Positions 28,485 through 41,245 of a stretch of 64,000 nt of DNA are shown here, one piece after another; the stretch's first letter is position 1; the number at the start of each line of letters is the position of its first letter. The stretch is taken from positions 96,968,001 to 97,032,000 of the forward strand of contig NC_043004.1 of assembly GCF_006345805.1 (NCBI RefSeq), read 5' to 3'. The notes below the pieces were generated by a model. The model saw nothing but the letters and a program-made list of their open reading frames with translations, was not told the DNA's origin and did no database searches. This DNA comes from Octopus sinensis (taxonomy: Eukaryota). Both the position numbers and the translations under genes were made by a program.

Positions 28485-28965
28485 TCATCATCATCGTCGT
28501 TTAACGTCCACTTTCCATGCTAGCATGGGTTGAACGATTTGACGACGCCTGGTGAACCAGATGGCTGCACCAAGCTTCAATCTGATCTGGCAGAGTTTCT
28601 ACAACTGGATGCCCTTCCTAATGCCAATCACTCCGAGAGTGTAGTGGGTGCTTTTACATGCAACCGGCACAAGGGCCAATTAGGCGGTACTGGCAATGGC
28701 CATGCTCAAATGGTGTTTTTTTACATGCCACCTGCACAGGAGTCAGTCCAGCGGCATTGGCAACGACTTCGCTTGAATGTTTTTTCACGTGTCACCGGCA
28801 CATGTGCCAGTAAGGCGGCGCTGATAAGGATCATGCTCGAATGGTGCTTTTTACGTGCTACCGGCACGGAAGCCAGTCAGCTGCTCTGGCAACGATCATG
28901 CTCGTATGGTGCTCTTAGCGCTCCACTAGCATGGATGCCAATCATTGAATTGATTTCGATTTCAA
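28485..28965 (-). mobile_element. Family D element (longest copy)
   Basis: Same consensus. Confidence 0.85.
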
Positions 28966-29189
28966 TTCTCAGTTCAAATGTTTGCTGGGGTTCAGCTTTG
29001 TCTCTTATCCTTTCAATCCTTTCAGAAGTTTTATGAAATAACAATCAGCAATCTGTTATAAAACGGGTCAATTTATATTTCATTTCTAAAGAAATTTGAT
29101 CTTATACATTATCAGAAATGATCTGTCACCATTTTTTATGTAAGCTTTCCCATATTGACATGGGTAAGACAGGAAATTTTAAAGAAATA

Positions 29190-29422
29190 TATCTTTCTTT
29201 ATTGCCCACAAGGGGCTAAATATAGAGGGGACAAACAAGGACAGACAAAGGGATTAAGTCGATTACATCAACCCCCCAGTGAGAAACTGGTACTTTATTT
29301 ATCGACCCGAAAGGATGAAAGGTAAAGTCGACCTCGGCGGAATTTGAACTCAGAACGTAACGACAGACGAAATACTGCTAAGCATTTCGCCCGGCTCGCT
29401 AACGAGTCTGCCAGCACATTAC
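29190..29422 (-). mobile_element. SINE-B
   Basis: Same consensus. Confidence 0.85.
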
Positions 29423-29674
29423 CACTGGTTACCCTTCTTGGTGGCACATCTTACAACATGCATGGATTTAGTATCTTCTTCTTCTTTTTCTTCTTCTTCT
29501 TCTTTCTCAGGCTAGTTTGGTTTGGATGGATCACCATGGTCTGAGTCAGCTCATATTTGAGGGCTACTGCTCACCCAGACAGGATGAAGGAAATCTCCCA
29601 TTAGCATCTCCTTTTTTGTCTGCTTTTTACGACTAGATCCCAACCACTTTAAAGAGAATATATATATATAGATA

Positions 29675-30102
29675 GGCGCAGGAGTGGCTGTGTGGTAAGT
29701 AGCTTGCTAACCAACCACATGGTTCCGGGTTCAGTCCCACTGCATGGCAACTTGGGCAAGTGTCTTCTGCTATAGCCTCGGGCCGACCAAAGCCTTGTGA
29801 GTGGATTTGGTAGACGGAAACTGAAAGAAGCCTGTCGTATATATGTATATATATATATATATATGTGTGTCTGTGTGTGTATATGTTTGTGTGCCTGTGT
29901 TTGTCCCTCTAGTATTGCTTGACAACCGATGCTGGTGTGTTTACGTCCCCGTCACTTAGCAGTTCGGCAAAAGAGACCGATGGAATAAGTACTGGGCTTA
30001 CAAAGAATAAGTCCCAGGGTCGATTTGCTCGACTAAAGGCGGTGCTCCAGCATGGCTGCAGTCAAATGACTGAAACAAATAAAAGAGTAAAAGAGTAAGA
30101 GT
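29675..30102 (+). mobile_element. SINE-A
   Basis: Same consensus. Confidence 0.9.
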
Positions 30103-30148
30103 ATAGATAGATAGGTAGATAGATAGATAGATATATACATACACACAC

Positions 30149-30325
30149 TTTATTATAAAAAAGGCAAAAGATTCACTGAACTGTTACTCAGAGTTGCACG
30201 TTCCCATTTATTAAACAGTTTTGATGAATATTCTGTGAATATTTTGCAGCTTTTATAATAAAGCATATTACTCTAACCTTGGTATTTGAGTACTATTTTC
30301 TCCACATTGTTTTGCACTTACTTAT
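30149..30325. mobile_element. Decayed family A pLTR fragment with an inverted 5' part
   Basis: 30149-30231 is the reverse complement of a degenerate HHR plus downstream sequence. 30232-30325 is the forward downstream part (AATAAAGCATATTACTCTAACC.TGGTATTTGAGTACT). Confidence 0.65.
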
Positions 30326-30694
30326 GTGCATGTGTGTGTGTGTGTCTGTGTGTGTGTGTGGTGTGTGTGTGTGTGTGTGTGTCTTTGTACCCCTATCACT
30401 GGTTGACAACTGGTGTTCATGTGTTTGCATTCCTGCAACTTAGTGGTTTAGCAAAAGAGACTGAGAAAATAAGCACCAGGCTTTGAAGAAAAATTTTAAA
30501 AAATACAAAGTACAGGAGTCAATTTTCATTCAACTAAAAATTCTTCAAGGCAGTGCCCCAGCATGGCCACAATCTAATGACTGAAACGAGTTAGATGACA
30601 GAAGGTACTGATATTTGTTGTGTCTTGTATATACTAAAGGTGGAAAGAATGATACTAACGGAATCTGTTTCAGTGGACAATTAGTATTTAATTT

Positions 30695-31080
30695 GTGGAG
30701 GCGCAATGGCCCAGTGGTTAGGGCAGCGGACTCGCGGTCATAGGATCGCGGTTTCGATTCCCAGACCGGGCATTATGAGTGTTTATTGAGCGAAAACACC
30801 TAAAAGCTCCACGAGGCTCTGGCAGGGGATGGTGGTGATCCCTGCTGTACTCTTTCACCACAACTTTCTCTCACTCTTACTTCCTGTTTCTGTTGTACCT
30901 GTATTTCAAAGGGGCGGCCTTGTCACTCTCTGTGTCACACTGAATATCCCCGAGAACTACGTTAAGGGTGCACGTGTCTGTGGAGTGCTCAGCCACTTAC
31001 ACGTTAATTTCACAAGCAGGCTGTTCCATTGATTTGGATCAACCGGAACCCTCATCATCGTAACCGACGGAGTGCTTCCA
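30695..31080 (+). mobile_element. SINE-C
   Basis: Same consensus; flanks AGTATTTAATTT / AGTATTTGATTT. Confidence 0.9.
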
Positions 31081-31701
31081 CAGTATTTGATTTACTGATT
31101 CATAAAAGAGCAAAAATTAGATTAGACTAAGATGGGATTTGAACTCAGCAAAGGGAGATCTAAAATTGAAATATTGCTAGATATGTAAATTCCATACTTT
31201 ACCATTTCTGCTACACCTCCCATCATTTACTCCACCATACTTCACCACTTTCCTACATTCCCACCTGCTCATCAAATACCTAATATATTTAAATATTTTG
31301 TGAAATTGCCAAATATCTTCGTGAAACTATTTGTTCATGGAGGAACTCATTTTGAACACTTTCAAAAACATAATTAAACCTTCGCTCAAAACATCAAATG
31401 AAGCAACTAATATTTGTTTTTATCCTTGTAAAAGCAAAGCAATAAAAAAACAAAAACAAAAACAAAAACAAGACAAAACAAAAAAAATCTCACTCGACAA
31501 ATGTACAAATAAAAAAATAAAAGGCAGCAAAAATAAATATAAATACAATTAAAAAACAATTTCGGATATGATCCTCACTCCTAAAGAGTATATTTATCTG
31601 TTTATTTACTGGATTTTATCGTATCTTATTTTATTGATTTACGTTTTTATTGTATTTTTATTTTGTTTTATTCATATATTTGCATAATTATTTATACATA
31701 C

Positions 31702-31792
31702 ATTTATTATGTGAAGACTTGTAACAAAAATTCCGTCCAAGATCATACAGGGAGATTGATATTCCTTGATAAAATAAACCCTGTTCAAATTC
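31702..31792 (-). CDS. Candidate coding exon (91 bp, phase 0-1), possibly the same gene
   Basis: attgcaag|GAA...EFEQGLFYQGISISLYDLGRNFCYKSSHNK...T|gtatgt. Confidence 0.3.
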
Positions 31793-32151
31793 CTTGCAAT
31801 ATAATTAGTGTTAACATTTATTTTATATTTTCATTTGTTCTTTTTTCAAATTATCTACGTATATATAATTATATATATATATGATATATATATATATAGG
31901 TATATATATATTTATATCTATATATATATATACACACACACATATTTATGCACACATATATATGCACATATATATATATATATATATATACAAACACATT
32001 TTTATACATGTATATATGTATATATTTAGATATATAAAAATATATGTGTGTGTGCATATAAATGGCATATGTGTGTATGTATACATACATACATATATAT
32101 GTATATATGTACATATACATACATATATATATACATATACATATATATATA

Positions 32152-32184
<33 letters not shown>

Positions 32185-32775
32185 GTACATATATCAGTTA
32201 GATCTGCTATTGTATGTAGGTAATTATACATGTAACTGTATATGATTTTGTTTGCTATGTGTATGCATGCGTATATGTTTCTGCGTTTGTGTGCGTGTCT
32301 ATCTGTTTATGTGTAATTGCATGAGTAATAGAAAACACACAATCAAAATAACAACGTACAACCACAAATGGTTGAGTGTGGTGCTAGCTGTTAACATTTC
32401 TGCCCAGGCTAATTCACATCACTTTACATCACATCTGTCTGTTGTACAGACATTTAGGAGAGGAAAAGGGAAGCTGCTAGCACAAATGTTTAGATTTATC
32501 AATGACAATTAACAATCCTGAGTCAAAGAACTTTCAGTAAACCTCAAACAGAAATTCCAGAGGCGTTGGCTCACTATGAAAGTCATGCCATTTGTTTGTT
32601 TGTTTCTCTGTTTTTGTTTCTGTTTTGTGGTTTTTGTCACTTCCTTTGCTACCTACTTATATATTAATTCAATGTATTCCTTTTTATTAGCTTATAAACA
32701 CACAACATATTTATCTCTCTCTATATATATATACATACATATATTATATAAGCTATATACCATATATATATACAT

Positions 32776-32847
<72 letters not shown>

Positions 32848-32957
32848 CCACATATATTACATACATATATATATATACATACATATATATATCATATATA
32901 CAGAGGATGATGATGATGATGATCTATATATACATATGCACATATATATACAGATGT

Positions 32958-33003
<46 letters not shown>

Positions 33004-33116
33004 TGAATAATATATATATATATATATATATATACAATATATAATATACACATATATATTTAAATGTATATATAGTATATATATGATATATAATATATAA
33101 AGATAATATATTATAC

Positions 33117-33161
<45 letters not shown>

Positions 33162-33190
33162 TATATGTATGAATATGTGTATGTATATAT

Positions 33191-33224
33191 AAAATTGTCC
33201 GACAAACGGGAACATGAAACTTAG
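33191..33224 (+). ncRNA. Truncated, degenerate family A hammerhead remnant
   Basis: AAAATTGT-CCGACAA-ACG-ggaa-CAT-GAAAC-TTAG then GATA repeat; cleavage site and stem I 3' strand lost. Confidence 0.5.
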
Positions 33225-33232
33225 ATATAGAT

Positions 33233-33273
<41 letters not shown>

Positions 33274-33821
33274 CAGATAATATACATATATACATATATA
33301 AATATTTATATACAGTATATATTATATATATATGATGTGTGTATGGGAGGACGGGGTGTATGCTATTGCTAACATGCTATGTTAAAAATGTGGATTTTTG
33401 TAGTTTTTCATACGGAGTTCACAGGCTTCTGATGAAAAGACTGGTGAGGCCATGATGTAAATATTTCCCTTTTTTTGCCCTTTTAACATACCAGGTAACA
33501 AGCAAAAAGAATAGAAGAGAGAAAGAGATAGATAGAGAAAGAGATAAATAGAGAGAGAGAAAGGGAGAGAGAGAGGGAGAGAATGCGAGAATGTGTAAGG
33601 ACACAGTTATTGACAAATACTTATCAAAAATATCTGAAGGTATGAAATATAAAGTTGCCGCAAGCGGGATTTGAACTCAGAGCATGAAAATCAGCAGCAA
33701 ATGCTACAAGGTATTCTATCCAGTGCTCTAATACCCTTGTGCATTCCACATTTCAATGCTCATCTGAAATTCTCAGTTGACTCTGGCTGCATCATAAACG
33801 TTTATGCACACAGTAATTGCT

Positions 33822-34028
33822 TACAACGGAGTGCTGAAATGTTCCTGACTGTAAGGGTATTGCAAATGGCCCAAACTTCCGAGTTCTTTTACAGGGCTTA
33901 GGACAACTGAAGGACTACTGCAATATATGTGAATCTGAGAAGAGAATATGTTCAATAAAATCATAATTAATTGATCGTTCTGCATTTTCTTTTATCCAAA
34001 GCCAGGAAGTTTATAGCTCCCCTTCGTA
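33822..34028 (+). mobile_element. Older uninterrupted copy of the same mariner MITE
   Basis: Aligns with 52926-53083 + 53498-53563; ends AAGCCAGGAAGTTT...TTCGTA. Confidence 0.7.
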
Positions 34029-34396
34029 TGTGTGTTTTAGTGAGCTTTTCTCTTACAGTTGCTGAGCCTGGAGGAAGAAGTATGGCTCATGAACTTTGCA
34101 GGACCCACTCAAGATTAGTGAGTTTGATTCCATTAATGTTTTACTTAACAGCTGTAGGGAGAAATTTCAAAAGGCCAATATTCTAGGAAGAAGGTAACAG
34201 AGGTGAGTGCAAGGCTGAGTGATTTGGACACAACAAGAGTGATGACAAAGAAGAGATGAGAGGACTGGGGTTTCTATTTGGCAGCAGTATGTCCAGAATG
34301 TCTGTGTAGTTGCAGCAGCAGCAGTTCCTGATGTAGGAGCAATATTCCAGTGTGGAATATTAAGCCATGTAATTTGAGCTTTCTAAAATATTAGTG

Positions 34397-34954
34397 TACG
34401 AGCAAAACGACCCACCCCGTCCAATCGACGGTGCTGAGTTGTCAAACATTTAAACCAAATTTTCTCAAAACAACTTGCCCGACCGTCCCATAGGCCTCCC
34501 CTTTGAGAAACACTGACTTAACCTAAATTTGAGACACCAGCAAAAGAAGAAATAAAGATAGACATTTTTCCTATTCAAAAGAAAACGATTTTATTCACAC
34601 AAATATGTAACCGAAATGTTAAAGTACCAGTAATGATAAGGCTGTTAACTGGGAGAACACAAACATGGTTTAAATAGTAAGCTTGGCAGGAAAGAAACGT
34701 GCCTTTAAGCAGTACAAAAACAACAAAAAATGGAAGGTGCAGTTATGTACAGGTTGACGGAAGAAAAGCAGGACAAAAACGGCTTTATGGATCGTATTCT
34801 CACCTGGAATCGATTTTTGTAATATTTTCAAGACTTATACATGCCCTGATACCGTCGGTATCTACATATAAAATTTGGGCGCAAATCGGATGGAGGATGC
34901 CCGATATCCAAGAAGACACACACAGACAGACAGAACGGATTTTATATAAGAGAT
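34397..34954 (+). mobile_element. Helitron/Helentron-like non-autonomous element (long copy)
   Basis: 5' TACGAGC..CCCGTCC; 3' AAATCGG..ACAGACAGACAGAACGGATTTTATATAAGAGAT; no TSD or terminal TIR; second copy at 40865. Confidence 0.6.
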
Positions 34955-35040
34955 GGGGCCAAAGTAAGGAGTATATTGTGAAACATATCATAACCAAGGG
35001 AGTATAAATTGAGGATGAGTTGAGAAGCAATGATGTAGAA

Positions 35041-35295
35041 CATTGGTTCTCAATTGGGGTCCACATGACATTTGGGGGTTCACATAAGAATTTACTGCTA
35101 GAATTTATGTGCAATAAACTGTTTATACTTCTACAATGCACAAAATATTTTAACAAGTTTTTATAGAATTCCTTATAATATTTAATTCAAAAATATAATA
35201 GGATTTTTTAAAACATGGAATGGCTATAGGGAACCATCAGAATTAAATAGGAATCAAAGGGGTCTATAGATAAAAAAAATCATTGAGAACCATTG
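35041..35295. mobile_element. hAT-type MITE
   Basis: TIR CATTGGTTCTCAAT / ATTGAGAACCATTG; 8-bp flanks ATGTAGAA / ATGCAGAG (6/8). Confidence 0.75.
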
Positions 35296-35733
35296 ATGCA
35301 GAGGATTAGTTAATTAGTTATTGATTGGAAATGTATGTAGTTGTTGTTTCTTGACATGAAATGAAAGCCCTCCAGCCTTGACCATCTGTTTATTTGATTA
35401 TCAGGGACTACATCCTTTAATCTATTCTTTCTTTCTAATGGTAACTGAGAATGCTTCGATTTTGAATTGGCTGCTGTTGTCAGCAAATCGTTTAATTTCA
35501 TAGTCTTCGTTCGTTGTTGATTAATGCCACTAATCCACAACCAAGCAAACATATGATAGTGTTGAAGCTGTGACCTTCATGTCTGTTTGTGTAATATTGA
35601 TTACATAGACGAATAAATATTTTGTTTTGGAAATTTCACTGATATTTCAAGCATTTGCAGAGGCCCCATTCTAAACGCGTACATAGTCGCACACACATAC
35701 ACACATACACATACACACACATATCTGTACATG

Positions 35734-35764
<31 letters not shown>

Positions 35765-36669
35765 TGTGTCCCATACGCCAATAGGTTAAAAAAATGTTTT
35801 ACATTCTTATTTAATCAATAGTGATGCTTTGGAATGTTTGAATTATTTTAGTTCTGATTTACATTGTTTTGGACATAACATAAACAGACCGACGAGAAAT
35901 TGACACGCAAATCGAAAAGAGAGCCCTTCATCAGTTGTCAACTGAAAATCCTCACAATTTCATCACCTAAAACGATATTGTTCATTCTAGCTTTGTCTGC
36001 AACATATTTAAGCAGCCTGGATATAGACACTCACGCAAGTTATTTATTTAACGAAAGACACGTAAATAAGTATATGGTTTGGGCAACGCAAAAACAGAAA
36101 ACGAAGCGGCCAGACAATTTATGATATTCGCCAGAAACGATAATTTGAAGGCAAGTTGTGCAAAGGATAGAAAAGATACAATGAATGAACAAGACAATAT
36201 TAAACATTTAGTCTTAACGATTTAATGATAAATTAAAGACTGAAAGAGAAAAGCAAAATGAAACATAAATGATAACATAAATGATTTTGCAAACTAGACG
36301 GTAAATGTGCGATAATTGTGTGAGTAAATACGTAGAAGGAAAGAGGAATGCCTTGCGGCCTTAAAAAGGAAGTCAGGAGAGACTAACAAAACATCTATAT
36401 GCCGCAGCTGCAAGGATGAAGCGAAAAATAAGGTTATCGAATGGAGAAAGGAAGTGGAAGGAGTAGAGGGAAGCAGGGGAGGGTTTAATAAGAAGGAAGA
36501 GAAGGTGATTGAAGTTGAGAAAGTGGACAGAAGTAGAGATGAAGGAGAGAAGGAGAGAGATTGAAGCAAGATAAAAAGAGAGAGAGACGAGGTATGTCTG
36601 AGAAAAACAAAATAGAGCGAGGGTGACAAGAGAGGGAGAAAAGGATAGACAGTATAAAGATGTAAGAGA

Positions 36670-36678
36670 GGAACAGAT

Positions 36679-36719
<41 letters not shown>

Positions 36720-36885
36720 TGATAGGTAGATAGATATATAGATAGGTAGATAGATAGATATATAGATAGGTAGATAGATAGATATATAGATAGGTAGATA
36801 GATAGACAGATAGATAGGTAAATAGATAGATAGGTAGGTAGGTAGGTAGGTAGATAGATAGATAGATAGATAGGTAGGTAGATAA

Positions 36886-36983
<98 letters not shown>

Positions 36984-37045
36984 GGATAGGTAGGTAGGTA
37001 GGTTGGTAGGTAGGTAGGTAGGTAGGTAGGTAGGTAGGTAGACAG
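36670..37045. repeat. (GATA/GGTA)n tetranucleotide array
   Basis: Direct reading; a similar (TATC)n array lies at ~58237-58500. Confidence 0.95.
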
Positions 37046-37334
37046 ATGTAATGACAAGTATTGTCGGAAAACTTGAAGAGACTGACAAATAGGAACTTTA
37101 CAGGAAAATGAAAAAATGCACAAACGGCTATGTACAAGTCCGATCAATTCATCAGTTGTCAAATGTTGTCGCTATCTCGGCACATAAAACAACGCTGTTT
37201 TCTTTCTCGTGATTCTTGCAATATATTTCAGTTACGTGGGTATAGACAGTGCGAAGAAAACTAAAACAAAACAGGAATATATATATATAGACATATATAC
37301 ATAAATACATATATATATATGTGTATGTGTGTGT

Positions 37335-37522
37335 ATCGTTGGCGATTTTCTTTCTCCGCTTTCCTTCCTTGGACTTTTCCTTTTTTCTATATTTCTGACG
37401 AAGAGCTCCGCTCGAAACGTTAAATCCTCCTTCTTTCTTTCCTTTTCTGAGCGTCCAATAACACTATACTTGTTCCACGTCCTCGCGTTGTTGTGTTTTC
37501 TCTTTGTTCATGTTTGGATTAA
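37335..37522 (+). mobile_element. Short HHR-bearing solo pLTR/retrozyme-like unit, family B
   Basis: About 190 bp pyrimidine-rich unit between TA/TG microsatellites; shares HHR layout and downstream CTGAGCG.CA.TA motif with 51915-52090. Confidence 0.6.
37391..37425 (+). ncRNA. Minimal type I hammerhead ribozyme, family B
   Basis: ATTT-CTGACGA-a-GAGC-tcc-GCTC-GAAAC-GTT^AAAT: intact core, perfect stem II, palindromic loop-less stem III (AACGTT), 4-bp stem I. Confidence 0.75.
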
Positions 37523-37728
37523 CAATATATATATATATATATAAAGTCATACGAATAAGCGTTGAATAAAATAGACTCATGTAAAGTCATATATTTATGA
37601 TGTTCACGTGCATTCGGACGTGTGAAGACCGCTCATTGTGGAAACAGTCTGCGGAGAAAATTCTTCCCCATATTATGTGTGAAGATACATATTTCCTGCA
37701 AATATCTTTATTATATATGTGTGTGTGG

Positions 37729-37783
<55 letters not shown>

Positions 37784-38424
37784 TACTTATATATATATAT
37801 ATATATATATAGTGTTCTTTTACTTATTTCAGCCATTGCGACCATGCTGGGAGACTGCTTTAAAGGATTTAGTCAAATGAATTGATCCTGGTTCTTCGTT
37901 TCTTGTTTTTTAAAAGCCTTGTTCTTATTCTATGCGCCTCTTTTTCAAAACTGCTAGATATCGGGAACGTAAACAAACCAATACTGGTTGTCAAGCGGTG
38001 GTGGGGGACAAGCACAATACAAACACAAAGACACAGACCAGACACACACACATACATATATAAGTTGTAATAACGAATTATTTTAACTGAGAAAGTTCTT
38101 ACGTAATGGGTACATTTCCTGTTATTTATTATGCGGACATGAAACGTACATATTAAATGATTTCAAAATATCACTGACTTCTTTATCACAACTTATTCGA
38201 CTCGATGCCAGTACAAACTAACCAGTCCAGGTTCCACTTATGCAGATGCTCTAACAACCATTTGAAGTAGTTTGCTATATTTGAATCGAGTTGAAAAATA
38301 TGGTACCGTGCACTACATCATAATATATGTATATATACTCGCAAGTGAACCCATCCTTCGGACGGTTTAAGTTGCTTTGGTGGTATTTTTTTTTTTGCCA
38401 AATAATTGAACTACCGAGAAGGTT

Positions 38425-38800
38425 TATGAAGTTTTTCCTGATACTATGGTGCATATCCTTCTTACAAGGCTGAAGGGGATGTTTGCTTTGGTGTGCCTTG
38501 GGTGGTATGAATTAAATAGTATATATTGTTTGGCGTCTGTGGTTTTGTAAGATATGTCCGTTTCTGTTTTTAGGTTTATTTTTTTTAAACTAATATATCC
38601 AAGAATGGGAGCTCCTTTTGGTTATATTCCATTGTGAATTGTATGTTTGGGTTGACGCTGTTCAATAGTCTTTTGAATTCCAGGAGTTTGTCTATGTTTT
38701 CATTCCAGAGGACGAAACAGTCGTCCAGGAATCTTTTCCAATTCTCTTTTATGTATTTGGAAAGAGGGTTTCCAAAGGTAGATAAAAATTCCTGGTATAT
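38425..38800 (-). mobile_element. Penelope-like reverse transcriptase fragment (second PLE lineage)
   Basis: Minus-strand translation [16 protein letters not shown]...[22 protein letters not shown]...TDISYKTTDAKQYILFNSYHPRHTKANIPFSLVRRICTIVS. Confidence 0.9.
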
Positions 38801-38805
38801 TCAAA

Positions 38806-40008
38806 TGAAATGTCGCATTTTTAATTACTTATTATTTCAGTAATTTAAAAACTCAATTATGTATACCTTGCATTTAATCTTGACTCTTTTTTCTTTCCCA
38901 ACAATATTGGAATTCAAAATTCGTACCCACAGACCTTACGAAAATGATAACAACCAAACTATGTTGAGTCATGTTCTCGTATGAGTACAAACTGGGTCAC
39001 TCTACCGCAGAAGCTCTTCGGAATATCAAGCAGGATTTTGGTAACAGTTTTGTTGACATCAGAACTGCTCAGATATAGTTCCAAAACTCTCATTCATGAA
39101 AGCCTTGAAAATAAACCAAGGGGTAGGCAAAAATTAGTTATTCGGCATGATGGATTAAATGCTTTGGTTGAACAAAACCCAAGAACAAAGGTTCAAAAAC
39201 TTTCATCAGAACTCCAAACATCTCGCACAACTGTTTTTGAAAATTGGAAAAGTCAAGAAAATATATAGGTTTGTTCTACATCAACTGAATGAGATTAAAA
39301 AAACAGATGCCTCGAAGTGTGCTCCTTATTGCTTTCTCGACTGGAAAAAGACCATTTCTACACCAAATCATTACTTTTGATGGGAAACGGATACTCTTTG
39401 ACAACAGCAGGAGAACAGGACAGTGATTAGATGCAGGAGAGTCACCTAAACACTACCCAAACACACATTTGCACCCTAAAAAGTTAGTGGTCACTGTGTG
39501 GTGGTCTGCGAAAGGAGTTATTCATTATTCATTTTTGCAACAAGGAAAAACGGTAACAGTAACATCGTATTGCCAGGAAATTGATCGTATGCTTGAGAAT
39601 TTGAAAAAGAAGCAACCCAGACTAGTGAATAGAGGGGCCCAATTTTGCTCCACGACAATGCACGTCCTCATAATCCTCAAGCTACGGTCCAAAAGTTGCA
39701 AAGCCTGAATTATGAGATTTTGCAACATCCCCCCTTTTCCCCTGATATCTCTTCTACTGATCATTAATTATTATTTAAACATCTTAAGCTTTTCATAAGC
39801 AATAAAACATTCTTAAATAGAGAAGAGGTAATTGAAGCATTCAGACAGTTTTTCGCAGCAACAGATGAATTTATTTTTTAAAGATGGAATATATGACATA
39901 CACAAACGTTGAGTAAAGGTCATAAATTAGATAAATCAGTTCTCTAACACTTCTGAAACATTTTATTGTTACCTTTCAAATACAACATTTCATGTGAAAC
40001 AACCTAAT
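38806..40008 (+). mobile_element. Decayed full-length mariner (DD34D) transposon
   Basis: Frameshifted transposase: HPKKLVVTVWWSAKGVIHYSFL, LLHDNARPH, LQHPPFSPDISSTDH. 3' TIR ATTTCATGTGAAACAACCTAATA (~39986-40008); degenerate 5' TIR TCAAATGAAATGTCGCATTT. Confidence 0.9.
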
Positions 40009-40012
40009 ATAC

Positions 40013-40398
40013 ACTTTTTACTCTCTTACTTGTTTCAATCATTTGACGCCTTTAGTCGAACAAATTGACCCCAGGATTCTTTGTAAGCCTAGTACTTATT
40101 CTATCGGTCTCTTTTGCCGAACCGTAAGTTACGGGGACGTAAACACACCAGCATCGGTTGTCAAGCGATGTTGGGGGGACAGACACAGACGCACAAACAT
40201 ATACACACACATACATACATATATATACATATATACGACAGGCTTCTTTCAGTTTCTGTCTACCAAATCCACTCACAAGGCTTTGGTCGGCCCGAGGCTA
40301 TAGTAGAAGACACTTGCCCGAGGTACCACGCAGTGGGAAAGAACCCGGAAAAATGTGGTTGGTAAGCAAACTACTTACCACACAGCCACTCCTGCGCC
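40013..40398 (-). mobile_element. SINE-A
   Basis: Same consensus. Confidence 0.9.
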
Positions 40399-40408
40399 TA
40401 TATATAAC

Positions 40409-40440
<32 letters not shown>

Positions 40441-40809
40441 TTGTGTGTGTGCATATTTGTAAATGATTTTACATGTGTATAACAAAAAATGGAAACCCCA
40501 ATATTACTGAAAAACATAATTACATTTGATATATTACACAAACATGGAATACTCACATCTTTTACTTGGAATTTCCTAGCAAGCCACAGATATGCAGTGA
40601 TCAAATTTCTAAAATGGCAACCATGACATGTGCCACCGTGTATCAACAGTGGCGGGAAGCTGTTACAGGATGACTTGTGGCACATATATTAAATACTGAT
40701 TATGCATTGGATAACTTCATACCTGTGGCTTGCTTGGAGATTCCGTGTACTTTATGTGAATGCTTCATGTATGTAGAATATTTAATATATTATATATATA
40801 TATTATATA

Positions 40810-40853
<44 letters not shown>

Positions 40854-40864
40854 GTATATATATA

Positions 40865-41245
40865 TACGAGCAAAACGACTTCCCGTCCAATGGACGGTGC
40901 TGAGTTGTCAAACATTTAAACTAAAATTTCTCAAAACAACTTGTCCGACCGTTCCATAGGCCGCTCCTTTGAGAAACACTGATTTAACCTAAATTTGAGA
41001 CACCGGCAAAAGAAGAAATAAAAATAGACTTTTTCTATTCCAAGAAAAACGATTTTACAAATGCACGTTTCCACGGCTTTATCAATTGTATTCTCACCTG
41101 GAATCGATTTTTGTAATTTCTTCAAGGCTTATACACGCCCTGATACCGTCGATATCTACATATCAAATATGAGCGCAATCGGATGGAGGATGCCTGAGAT
41201 CCTAGAAGACACACAAACAGACAGAACGGATTTTATATAATAGAT
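40865..41245 (+). mobile_element. Helitron/Helentron-like non-autonomous element (short copy)
   Basis: Colinear with 34397-34954 but lacking roughly 180 bp of internal sequence. Confidence 0.6.

Noticed and set aside
35310-35552. 80-aa minus-strand ORF MFAWLWISG..
   Set aside because: No donor site, no recognisable domain, and it ends next to a MITE.
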